Of a stretch of 64,000 nucleotides of DNA, positions 1-11,769 are shown in pieces. The notes under the pieces were generated by a model. It was not told the origin of the DNA, did not search any database, and saw only the letters and a program-made list of their open reading frames with translations. Each line of letters begins with the position of its first letter. The first letter of the stretch is position 1. The DNA is from Dendrobates tinctorius. Lineage: Eukaryota. Made by a program: the position numbers and the translations under genes. The DNA lies in NCBI RefSeq assembly GCF_039654945.1, contig NW_027361687.1:61814001-61878000 (forward strand), written 5' to 3'.

Positions 1-454
1 GCTGTGGGTGCCAGGCTTTTCAGCTGCCTTGGCTGTTTGTCTTTGCTGGCCTGTGTTCCCTCACACAGTTGGAGCTCTACAGAGCCTTCTGCTCTGTACT
101 CCTCCAAACAGACTGATACTTACTATGAACCTGACACACCTCAAACCCTATACTGCAGGGCTTTTAACTAGAATCTGTGGCCTTCAGCCACATGGAACAC
201 CTGGCCATGAATGTAACACTACTGCAACATTACTCTTTGTAGTCTGTTTCAAAACATAAAAGCCCAGAGCAGGTTTTCCCTAAATTTGCCTTGGACAACT
301 AGCATGTCCAAGATCTATACTCACTTTAGTCTGCATTGCAACCACAGCTATGCCTGTGACTGCAATGTCCTCTTATGGCCTCAATACGCCTCCGTGCGCA
401 TCCTGGGGGGAACATACAGTGACCCTCACATGTAGCATCAGTCACTGCCTCACA
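1..454. mobile_element. Solo-LTR-like element cut by the window start; same family as 16019-16953
   Basis: 1-454 aligns by eye with about 16391-16953 (gctgtgggtgccaggc / gctgtggatgccaggc; aaaccc...ctgcagggcttttaac). Both end in gtcact(g/t)cctcaCA. Confidence 0.7.
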
Positions 455-469
455 CTCCATGAAGTAATT

Positions 470-1275
470 AAATAATAGCACCATACCTTGTCTACATAAC
501 AGTGCTGCATAGTGTCCAAATATTTCCTCCATAGATCTATATAACTGCGCCATCCAGTATCTAAATAACATGCATGAATGAGGCTCAGAAGGTACTTCGA
601 TACACCATAAACATATTAGTGCCATACAGTTCTTCAGAATGTCCAAATAATACCACCATAGAGAGTATACATGGCTGTGTCATTCTGGATACACACAAAA
701 TGCAGGCATTGCGCTCAGATAATTTCAGAATACAATGCTTAAATAATGCCGCCATACAGTGTCCACTGTCCACATAATAGTGCTGTATACTGTTCAAATA
801 ATACTACCATAGAGTGTCTACGTAACAGTATCATGCAGGATCCAAATAAAATGCGTGTGTGAGGCAAAGATCGTTCCTCCTTACAGAGGTTACATAATAC
901 TGCCATTCTGTGACCTCATAATAGTACTGTAAAGTGTCAAAATAATGCCACTATAGAGGAACTACAAAAGCGTATCATACAGGATCTAAATAAAATGCAT
1001 GTGTGAAGCCAAGATTGTCCCTCCATACAGAGCTTACATAATACTGCCATACAGTGACCAAATAATAATACTATAAAAGGTCAAAATAATACCACCGTAG
1101 AGGAAGTACAAAACAGTATCATGCAGGATCTAAATAAAATTCATGTGTGAGGCCAAGATTGTCCCTCCATTCAGAGCTTGCATAATACCGCCATACAGTG
1201 ACCACATAATAGTACTGTAAAGTGTTTACATAATACCACCATACAGTGTCCACATAATAGTGCTGTATAATGTCA
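470..1275. repeat. Diverged tandem repeat with short ataatactgccatacagtg-like subunits and a ~144-bp higher-order unit
   Basis: atcat(g/a)caggatc(c/t)aaataaaat recurs at about 830, 974 and 1118. Confidence 0.7.
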
Positions 1276-2721
1276 GTAGGGTGTTCAGAGTGTGTACGCC
1301 ATGGTGGTATGCTTCCCAAGAAAATTGTCCTACATTTTGCTGATATGCCGGGAAATGATGGTAGAAGGAACTGATAACTGGTCTGAGCACATATCTGATA
1401 CAGGGCGTTCATTGTCATGTTTTTCAGCTCCGCTCCCATAGGAAGAGGAAAACTCTGATGCTACATTCAATTTCATCTAAAAGTAAAAAAAAGTATCATG
1501 GAAAATTCTTGTCCATGGAGCTTGCAATCTCATTACTGTAGCTGTTTTTGATCCTGTTTTGTTTGACCCTCAGCTCTGTAGTTGACCTGATCCTTCGTGC
1601 CATTCAGCAGGGCCATTGCTGCTATTCCCTGGGAAGTGAAAATCTCCCGTCCCCACATCAGCCAGGATAATCGAGGTGGAATATTTGATTGTTCGCGAAA
1701 TGAGGTGCTAAATTTGTTTTGAGATTGGTGTCACAGCCAATAAAGGAGTCACCCAGGCTCCGGGCCACGGCGGCTTGATGAGAAATCATTAGGTTATTGC
1801 AGGGAGGCAGAGATGTCAGAAGTACCAGAGGAAGAGAGGGGGGAAAGGTGAGTGACAGGCAGACATGCTATGAGGGGCTTAATGTAGTGAGATCAAAGGG
1901 ACAGTATGCATTGTGCGCACCGATCACCGCCGTAAACCTCTGCATCCCTCCTGGATTTCCATAATGAATATATCCATACACATTACTCATCGTCTTATTA
2001 CCCAATACACTGCGGGATCAGAGGAGGACATTGCATCAGCTTCCATCACCAGGTGACACATTAGCTGATTTTGATAGCACAGGTAACCTACATTTTACAG
2101 ACCTCGACATGGAAAGACAGAAATGCTCCCCCCAGCTCAATGAATCTGAGTCTTTATTCCTGTGATTGACAGTTCTGCTCTGGAAAGATTTTTATACAAA
2201 TATCCATTATGCATCTTGTATTATGCATATTCGTACTGATGTCACCACTACTTAGTCCTCCTGTAGTGATGTCACTACTGCTCAGACCTCCTGTAGCGAT
2301 GTCACCACTGCTCAGTCCTCCTGTAGTGATGTCACTGCTGCTCAGACCTCCTGTAGCGATGTCACCACTACTTAGTCCTCCTGTAGTGATGTCACCACTG
2401 CTCAGTCCTCCTGTAGTGATGTCACCACTGCTCAGTCCTCCTGTAGCAATGTCACCACTGCTTAATCCTCTTGTAGTGATGTCATCACTGCTTAATCCTT
2501 TTGTAGTGATGTCACCACTGCTTAATCCTCCTGTAGTGATGTCACCACTGCTTAATCCTCCTGTAGTGATGTCACCACCACTTAGTCCTCCTGTAGTTTT
2601 GTCACCACTGCTCAATCTTTCTATAGTGATATCACTACTGCTCAATCCTCGTATAGTGATGTCACCACTGCTCAGTCTTTCTGTAGTGATGTCACCACTG
2701 CTCAATCGTTCTACAGTGATG

Positions 2722-3024
2722 CAAATATAAGGAGAAAAAGACTAGGCTAATGATGGTATGCACATTCCAATAGACGATAAAAAACCTTTATTTAATATTG
2801 GATGCAATAAGCTAAAAACATTTAAAATGTAAAGAACCAATAGCCCAAACACCCCCAAAAAACAGGTAATATAAACCTAAAATGTGGCCCATTGTCTATT
2901 GGGATGTGCATACCATCATTAGTCTAGTCTTTTTCTCCTTATTTTTGCTTCTCTGCCTGCAGGCTAGGTATTGCACTCCACTGGAGATTGAGATATGACA
3001 GTAGTGCACCCCTCCTTTTGCATT
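2722..3024. mobile_element. Short retroelement remnant with inverted repeat plus tail (Penelope-like architecture)
   Basis: A 57-bp inverted repeat at 2722-2778 / 2891-2947 is followed by a ~77-bp tail. It is flanked by a 16-bp duplication tcgttcta(c/t)agtgatg (2706-2721, 3025-3040) carrying a variant seen only in those two satellite units. Confidence 0.55.
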
Positions 3025-3485
3025 TCGTTCTATAGTGATGTCACCACTGCTCAGTTCTCCTGTAGTGATATCACTGCTCAGTCCTTCTGTAATGATGTCA
3101 CAACTGGTTAATCCTCCTATAGTGATGTCACTACTGCTCAGTTCTCCTGTAGTGATGTCACCACTGCTCAATCCTCCTATAGTGATATCACTGCTCAGTC
3201 CTCCTGTAGTGATGTCAACACTGCTTAATCTTCCTATAGTGATGTCACTACTGCTCAATCCTCCTATAGTGATGTCACCACTGCTTAGTCCTCCTATAGT
3301 GACATCACCACTGCTCAGTCCTCCTATAGTTATGTCACTACTGCTCAATCCTCCTATACTGATGTCACCAGTGCTCAGTCCTTCTGTAGTGATGTCACCA
3401 CTGCTGAGTCCTTCTGTAGTGATATCACCACTGCTAAGTCCTTCTGTAGTGATGTCACCACTGCTCAGTCCTTTTATAGTGATGT

Positions 3486-5453
3486 TGTAAAGGTCAGCCA
3501 GGGTGGTAGTCATGGCTGAGGTTATTTGCGTTAATGCACCCTGGCCTCCCTTCACAAGTATACACTGTCCATCATTCGGCATACCTGTGTCACGTCGCCG
3601 TCAGACTCGGGGACTGCTGTTCCTGCCTCGGCCACTGGGAAGCGCCGGACTGTCACGTCGCCGTCAGACTCTGGGACTGCTGTTCCTGCCTCGGCCACTG
3701 GGAGGCGCCGAACTGTCACATCACCGTCAGACTCGAGAACTGCTGTTCCGGTCTCGGCCACTGGGAGGCGCCGTGGTTCGCCCGTGGGTGATGCTGGTGG
3801 CGGAGAAGGGGCTCCTGTGCAGGCGTCTGTTGGGCGCAGGCTCCGCTCCTCTGTCAGTCACGAAGGGGTTGGTGCATCACCGTCTAGCCTGGTTCTGGGG
3901 GCGGTCCGTATGAGGTCATCAGACTGTGAGCCTGTGAGGGATAGCCTGATCCTTCAAATACCTTGGGGCCTGTCTTGCAGGCCGCCGGATATAATCTTGG
4001 TTTCCCCAGTGTGCTAGTGTTGTATTTGCTATCTTGACTCTGACCTTAGCTTGAATTTCTGACTTCTCCTGCCTGACGGTTTTGTACTTCTGCCGCCCTC
4101 CTGGTTTATGACTCTGACTTTGGCCTGGATTTTGACTCTGCGACTGCCTGACAATTTTGTACCTCTGCCGCCCTCCCGGTTTATGACTCTGACCTTGGCC
4201 TGGATTGTGACTCTGCTACTGTCTGTCGTTTTTGTACCTCTGCTGCCCTCCTGGTTTACACTTGAACTCCTGACTACGCTTTCGGTCCCGTTTTTAAGCC
4301 CTTCTGGCGACCGTCCTGCTCTGGTCCGCTGCTCTTATACAGACAGCTACCTCCTGGGCACTGCTGTAATTCCAGATCCCTGTAGAGGGGTAAAGGGTCT
4401 CGGGGTTACTCGGGGTGCTGTCTTATTGCAGCCCAGACTCACACCAGACGGACGTCACAACTTGTAGCTCCAGCTCCTGCACCTTCTGGCGACCGTCCTG
4501 CTCTGGTCCGCTGCTCTTATGCAGACAGCTATCTCCTGGGCCCTGCTGTAATTCCAGATCCCTGTAGAGGGGTAAAGGGTCTCGGGGTTACTCGGGGTGC
4601 TGTCTTATTGCAGCCCAGACTCACACCAGACGGACGTCACAACCTGTAGCTCCAGCTCCTGCACCCTCAGGGTCCCCTCCACGAAGCGGGAAGCTTCCTC
4701 TGTCCGGTTGTACACAAAATGAGCCACAATCCATTTCAACTTGCCAATAAACAACTTGACTGAATTTCTTCTTACACAGCACATCCATGTTTGTTACAGC
4801 ATCAACATTAGATTGTACAAAATGCAACCCTTCCTCTTTCCCTTTCCTTCTCTCTCTGTCACCTAGCACATTCCCAGGTCGGACTGTATCTTTTGATTCC
4901 TCAGCGTCCTCCCTGTTCAGACTTACTTAGTTTGGGAGTTCCCTCAGCCATTTCATCCCGGTTCTGAGGGCATCAGCCCACGCAATAAGCTGCCACATGA
5001 TGAGTGACCTGCCCGTAATGCTGTGACTACTCCTTGAGTTACAGTTTCCTCTACTGCTGCGCTGCTACCCTCGCTGATGCTCTGACCCACGATCATTGGA
5101 TAGCTAGGTTCCACACTTGCAACGTTGCGTGGTACGGTGGCCCCCGGGCTAGATAGCCCACCCAAGCTAATGGGCACCCTGGCCCCGACTGACTCTACTA
5201 GGAAATGTTTCCTGCCTTATCCCACCGTAACCTCTCCTATATTATAACTATAACTATGCGTAATACTAAACCCTACAACTATAATGCCCCCATCTAGTGA
5301 CCAACAGGGGGAACTGAACTTTCCCTATCATATAACAGCAAACATAATACAGTAGCAGCAAAAATGCTTTACACATGTAAACCACAATTATACAAAGCGG
5401 GATGTAATTAAAAAGGGGTTAAAAACAGATACCGTTCAATGCAACCCCTTACA
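3486..5453. mobile_element. Solo LTR (Gypsy-like, 4-bp TSD) inserted in the 30-bp satellite
   Basis: Starts TGTAAAGG and ends CCCCTTACA. TSD ATGT at 3482-3485 and 5454-5457. The empty site restores the satellite unit gtgATGTcac. Confidence 0.85.
3588..4641. mobile_element. Second solo LTR nested in the first (5-bp TSD)
   Basis: Starts TGTCACGTC and ends GACGTCACA. TSD ACCTG at 3583-3587 and 4642-4646. Has 63-bp repeats at its left end and a 182-bp duplication over its right end. Confidence 0.8.
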
Positions 5454-6434
5454 ATGTCACTACTGCTTAATCCTCCTATAGTGTTGTCACCACTGCTCAG
5501 TCCTACTGTAGTGATGTCACCACTGCTGAGTCCTTCTATAGTGATGTCACTACTGCTTAATCCTCCTTTAGTGATGTCACCATTGCTCTGTCCTTCTGTA
5601 GCGATGTCTCTACTGCTCAGTATTTCTGTAGTGATGTCACTACTGCTCCTTGCTCCTGCACTAATATCACCACTGCTTAGTCCTCCTGTAGTGATGCCAC
5701 CATTGCTCGATGTAGGATCTTTACACATCTAATATTTCCAGATATAACTTGGCTTGGGCTTTTTTCCCAAAGTACCGTATATCTTGAACTGTGTGTAAAG
5801 AGCCAGGAAGACCCCCTACACATTAGATGGTCAGTCGATCCCACCAAAATAGACTTACTCACAGTCATTAATCTACTGTGTATGGGCAAAATTACATTTT
5901 CTGGTCAAAACTCCCCTATTGGCCAATTTCGGAAAACCTCTCAAAATATTTGTCTTTCTGATATTAGCGATTTGTCTTATGAGAGGCAGATATTAGGTCT
6001 CTTGCTTATTTAACAAAAGATAGTGGGTTGCTTGCGCAAGCCATGTTGGAAAAATGTGAACGTTTGGAGTGATAATTCTAGTTTTTCATTTTCCTTGTCA
6101 CATACTTCTGGTCACCACTTAATTTTTGGCAGCTTTGTGCGACCTAAGCCTTTATCATGTATAGAACCAAGTACAGTCTGGGCTTACATGCATCCAATTG
6201 ATGGTGCAGCTGCTATATTATTTATGCTAATCTTATTTATTTTAACACTATTGTGGCAAGGTCCTCCAGGTGCTGTAAGTTAATTTTCATTTATGTGGTA
6301 TTCATTTAAAAATAAATGCATCAAACAATTCAGGAGAATTGAAAAATAAGAGTTTCATCTTCAACACTTACTATAGGATGCACACAACTGCACCTCCTTC
6401 GACTCAATGGATTGGACCAAAGTTTAACCTGGAG

Positions 6435-6788
6435 TTGTCACAAATATACAATTTTTTTAACTGGTGTAATTGTCGCTGTTCTCCTGAATCCAGCGATGTT
6501 TTTCTTTTGTTCCTGCGCCTCTCGTTTCCTGAGATATAGTCCCTTTTTCCTTGTATATAAATCTAGTCTTGTTATCCAACTGGGCGTGTTTCTCAGACAC
6601 ACCCTCAGAGATGTAATGACCACGCCCACATAGCTACCAAGACTAGATTTATATACAAAGAAAAAGGGGCCATATCTCAGGAACGGAGAGGAGCAGGAAC
6701 AAAAGAAAAACATTATCGGATTCTGAAGCACAGAGCCATGTATACAAGGTAAAGAAGTTACATATATATGGCAAGTGACAGATCCCCT
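6435..6788. mobile_element. Palindromic TTAA-targeting MITE (T2-MITE/Kolobok-like), left tip eroded
   Basis: Long imperfect inverted arms (tttttcttttgttcctgc...tatataaatctagtcttg versus caagactagatttatatac...gcaggaacaaaagaaaaa). Right end gtgacagatcccct|TTAA. Confidence 0.75.
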
Positions 6789-8406
6789 TTAAAAAGGGAA
6801 AATAAGAAAACAGCATTACACTATTAAAGGGCTTGTCTGGTTCCCATTTAAAGGTCATTTTTAAATAATAGAGTAAGTGTTCTATAGATATTGTGGTTAT
6901 CCAAGCTCCACACCCAAACTGACAAGTCATCAAATTCATCAACATCAACCAGTCATGAAACATCAGTCATCAAGAGGACAAAACCTTTAAACCGTTTGCA
7001 TGAAATAGGAAAGGGGGCTTTGTCATTGGGCTGCGTTACTGGGCATAGTCCACATTTAGTGGTGGCGCAGTTGCTGCATAGAAAATATTACTATGTTAAA
7101 GGTTGTAAGGTCCAACTTTTTTTTCCAAGTTTTGATGTTATCACCTACTCATAGGGCGCCAGAACTCAGATCCTCACCGATCACGATCGCATTTTTTTTC
7201 CCATCATTCTAGGGTTTGCATAGGCAGAAGCATTGGCAATGAATGGGTTAACCTGATAAGAGGGATCCTGTGCGACATTGTTCCTGGTGAATGGGTAATG
7301 GAAGACTTTGATTATTTCAGCGCCTTATCCGGCAGTCAGAAGCCAATTACCATATACTGGAGCCGGGAAACAGCATATCTGGGGCTTGTCGTTTTATCTA
7401 CCCATCAGTCTGACTTGAGAGCGGTGCTGAAGTCACACTGACATTTCAAAAAAGGATTGTAAAGGTTCTCAAAGCTTTTACAACGTCGCAGCGAAATAAA
7501 AAAAATCCCACGGTATCCTACATCGAGCTTCCACCAAAGCCAGAATGTGCATTATGGCTGATGCCCGAACAATGGCAACATGGCACAGGTGCACTTAAAA
7601 ATCCACAGCATATTCAATACATTCATTATCCAATAAGTGCCCATGGAGCAGATAGAGGCGATGCTTATAACGTGTGGCTCAGATGTCATATTACTACTAA
7701 CTCAAAATGATATCATGCTGCGTGTAAAAACCGTACACACGTGACATCACTTATATAAGCAATAATTAGCGCTTGTACTAGTAAGTGTGTGAATTGGGGT
7801 TTATGGTGGCTGCAGAGGTTTCCTACTCTATTTAACCCAAGATTCTCTTCTTGTAGTGCTTACTATCCCCTAGCATGTGCAACAGCTCTAAGCACTTTAC
7901 TGATGTACCTCCTGTATGCAAGAATATAACTACCATAATAGCGGCACCCACCACTGGTAACTTAAAACGGGAGCAAGCACACCATGTGAACTTGGGAAAA
8001 CCGAGATATGTGATGGCTGTTTCGCATGGAACGTGCTTCATCTGGAGCTGGAAGAAGTGTGTTTCAAGCTTAACGGCTGTCATTCATCTCTGCTTTCCCA
8101 GGTCCACATATTGTGCATGTTCCTCTCAATAAAGATGGTGTTTTAAGTTACCAGTGGTGGGTGTCGCAATTTTTCAAGCCTATCTCTTGTCAATATATAC
8201 AAACTGTTGCAGCTGAGCACCACCTCAAACTGTGTTTTTTCTGCACATTGTACAGATTCTGTTTGAACTTCCCAATTATAAGTGACATGGATATATGAGC
8301 AGTGCCAGTGTTTTATCCTTACATTTTGCATTATAACTACTATAATACCACCCCTATGTACAGGAATATAACTACTATAATACTGCACCCTATGTACAAG
8401 AATATA

Positions 8407-10000
8407 CAGTGCCTACAAGTAGTATTCAACCCCCAGCAGATTTAGCAGGTTTACACATTCGGAATTAACTTGGCATTGTGACATTTGGACTGTAGATCAG
8501 CCTGGAAGTGTGAAATGCACTGCAGCAAAAAAGAATGTTATTTCTTTGTTTAATTTTTTTTTAAATTGTGAAAAGTTTATTCAGAGGGTCATTTATTATT
8601 CAACCCCTCAAACCACCAGAATTCTGTTTGGTTCCCCTAAAGTATTAAGAAGTATTTCAGGCACAAAGAACAATGAGCTTCACATGTTTGGATTAATTAT
8701 CTCTTTTTCCAGCCTTTTCTTACTATTTAAGACCCTCCCCAAACTTGTGAACAGCACTCATACATGGTCAACATGGGAAAGACAAAGGAGCATTTCAAGG
8801 CCATCAGAGACAAGATCGTGGAGGGTCACAAGGCTGGCAAGGGGTACAAAACCCTTTCCAAGGAGTTGGGCCTACCTGTCTCCACTGTTGGGAGCATCAT
8901 CCGGAAGTGGAAGGCTTATGGAACTACTGTTAGCCTTCCACGGCCTGGACAGCCTTTGAAAGTTTCCTCCCGTGCCGAGGCCAGGCTTGTCCGAAGAGTC
9001 AAGGCTAACTCAAGGACAACAAGGAAGGAGCTCCGGGAAGATCTCATGGCAGTGGGGACATTGGTTTCAGTCAATACCATAAGTAACGTACTCCACCGCA
9101 ATGGTCTCCGTTCCAGACGAGCCCGTAAGGTACCTTTACTTTCAAAGCGTCATGTCAAGGCTCGTCTACAGTTTGCTCATGATCACTTGGAGGACTCTGA
9201 GACAGACTGGTTCAAGGTTCTCTGGTCTGATGAGACCAAGATCGAGATCTTTGGTGCCAACCACACACGTGACGTTTGGAGACTGGATGGCACTGCATAC
9301 GACCCCAAGAATACCATCCCTACAGTCAAGCATGGTGGTGGCAGCATCATGCTGTGGGGCTATTTCTCAGCCAAGGGGCCTGGCCATCTGGTCCGCATCC
9401 ATGGGAAGATGGATAGCACGGCCTACCTGGAGATTTTGGCCAAGAACCTCCGCTCCTCCATCAAGGATCTTAAGATGGGTCGTCATTTCATCTTCCAACA
9501 AGACAACGACCCAAAGCACACAGCCAAGAAAACCAAGGCCTGGTTCAAGAGGGAAAAAAATCAAGGTGTTGGAGTGGCCTAGTCAGTCTCCTGACCTTAA
9601 CCCAATTGAAAACTTGTGGAAGGAGCTCAAGATTAAAGTCCACATGAGACACCCAAAGAACCTAGATAACTTGGAGAAGATCTGCATGGAGGAGTGGGCC
9701 AAGATAACTCCAGAGACCTGTGCCGGCCTGATCATGTCTTATAAAAACGATTATTAGCTGTAATTGCAAACAAGGGTTATTCCACAAAATATTAAACCTA
9801 GGGGTTGAATAATAATTGACCCACACTTTTATGTTTAAAATTTATTAAAATTTAACTGAGCAACATAACTTTTTGGTTTGTAAGATTTATGCATCTGTTA
9901 ATAAATCCTGCTCTTGTTTGAAGTTTGAAGGCTCTAACTTATTTGCATCTTATCAAACCTGCTAAATCTGCAGGGGGTTGAATACTACTTGTAGGCACTG
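8407..10000 (+). mobile_element. Full-length Tc1/mariner DNA transposon (IR/DR type)
   Basis: TIR CAGTGCCTACAAGTAGTATTCAACCCC, 46 bp with 1 mismatch. TA TSD at 8405-8406 and 10001-10002. Inner direct repeats ttattattcaacccct at about 8593 and, inverted, at about 9800. Confidence 0.97.
8773..9795 (+). pseudogene. Tc1 DD34E transposase with two frameshifts
   Basis: MGKTKEH paired-like [25 protein letters not shown]. One extra A in the run 9554-9560 and a 1-bp loss at about 9747. The reconstructed C-terminus AVIANKGYSTKY* ends at 9795. Confidence 0.92.
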
Positions 10001-11769
10001 TAACTACTATAATACTGCCCCTATGTACAAGAATATACTATAATACTGCAATCTATGTACAAGAATATAACTACTATAATATTGCCCTCTATGTACAAGA
10101 ATATAACTACTATAATACTGCCCCTATGTACAAGAATATAACTACTATAATACTGCCCTCTATGTACAAGAATATAACTACTATAATACTGCTCCTATGT
10201 ACAAGAATATAACTACTATAATACTGCCCCTATGTACAAGAATATAACTGCTATAATACTGCCCCTATGTACAAGAATATAACTACTATAATACTGCTCC
10301 TATATACAAGAATATAACTACTATAATACTGCCCTCTATGTACAAGAATATAACTACTATAATACTGCTCTCTATGTACAAGAATATAACTACTATATAC
10401 TGCCCCCCTATGTACAAGAATATAACTACTGTAATACTGCCACTATGTACAAGAATATAACTACTATAATACTTTCCCCTATGTACAAGAATATAACTAC
10501 TATAATACTGCTCCTATGTACAAGAATATAACTACTGTAATACTGCCACTATGTACAAGAATATAACTACTATAATACTTTCCCCTATGTACAAGAATAT
10601 AACTACTATAATACTGCCCCCTATGTACAAGAATATAACTACTATAATACTGCCCCTATGTACAAGAATATAACTACTATAATACTGCCCCCATGTACAA
10701 GAATATAACTACTATAATACTGCTCCTATGCACAAGAATATAATTACTATAATACTGCCCCTGTATGCAAGAAAATAATTACTATAATACTGCTCCTATA
10801 TGCAAGAGTTGCCCCTATTGCTGTGATGAGCGTCGTCATGTTTCCTGGTTGTGTTCGGTATCTTTGTACTATGATATTTCCATACATACGCTTAGTATAA
10901 AGTATAAATTCCAACATAACCAACCACATATTTAAAATGTTATCATCTATAATTAATTCTCCAGCGCTGCGTCCCCATCACAGGCAGACAGCGGGGGTAG
11001 TAATAGGAGGCCAGGGTGACCACCTTTCTTGATTGTTAACCGCAAAAATTATTTTAACGCTTTAACCTTGTGCCCTGAACGCTCAAAAGCTAAAGCACAG
11101 AGATGTAGATGTTAGACCAAGAGCACCAAAGGTCTACCATGCCAGCGTCTCTAAGTGTATTTGCTGCTTTACCCGCAGCACACTGGCGCAGCAGCCTGTA
11201 GAGCGCAGGGTGACGGCGGGTCATTGTGGGACCACTCTTCTGCCTTGTAGACTCGCACTCATAAATGCTGAAATTGATTTCCTCTGCTCCGTTCTCTTAA
11301 ACCGTCAGCTCTCCTCACTTATCTTCCCCCTGCAAAGCAGGCGGCTTTTTCTATTTCAATAGGTCACGGAACAAAGAAGAACATAGCACCGAGCAGAACG
11401 GAGACTTCTATATGAGACTTCAAAGACAACGAGGGCGAACAGGCATATAATATTCAGGCATTTAATAAACGCCATCCTGGCCCGGAGAAGCACAAGATGT
11501 TGTGACATTAACATTTATATAAATCCTCCGCATAAACACCAGCGATTACATCAAAGAGCGTTTCCACCTAAAATGAGAAAAAAAATCCCTCACAAAATGG
11601 AAGTCCTTCAGTCGTCCTCTTCTGTCAGGTTTCTGATCTGGATCCATGTGTGGGAAAGCTTACCCAACAGCCTTATGGCCGCCATGACAGTCCCCACCCA
11701 GCTTTTCTGGATCTCTTAATGGCAAACCTGTAATACATCCTCTTAAATCATGAATGTGTGAGCTCAGTA

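Larger units (their letters stand above)
2236..5710. repeat. 30-bp minisatellite (GTGATGTCACCACTGCTCAGTCCTCCTGTA) in three blocks: 2236-2721, 3025-3485, 5454-5710
   Basis: Tandem units are directly visible and explain the (GLSSGDITT)n / (VVMSPLLSPP)n ORFs. The array is split by two insertions with TSDs. Confidence 0.95.
8330..10810 (+). repeat. 35-bp satellite (TATGTACAAGAATATAACTACTATAATACTGCCCC), array 1, interrupted by a Tc1
   Basis: About 2 units at 8330-8406 and about 23 units at 10001-10810. A lone diverged monomer lies at about 7908-7950. Confidence 0.95.

Noticed and set aside
2154-5732. Long repetitive ORFs (GLSSGDITT..., VVMSPLLSPP...) resembling ice-nucleation or extensin proteins
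   Set aside because: They result from a stop-free 30-bp unit that is open on both strands, and the array is interrupted by transposons.
9101-9757. 218-aa ORF overlapping the first Tc1; considered programmed frameshifting at G GGA AAA AAA
   Set aside because: Only its tail is transposase. One extra A in a homopolymer plus a second frameshift at about 9747 is better explained by mutation or sequencing error.
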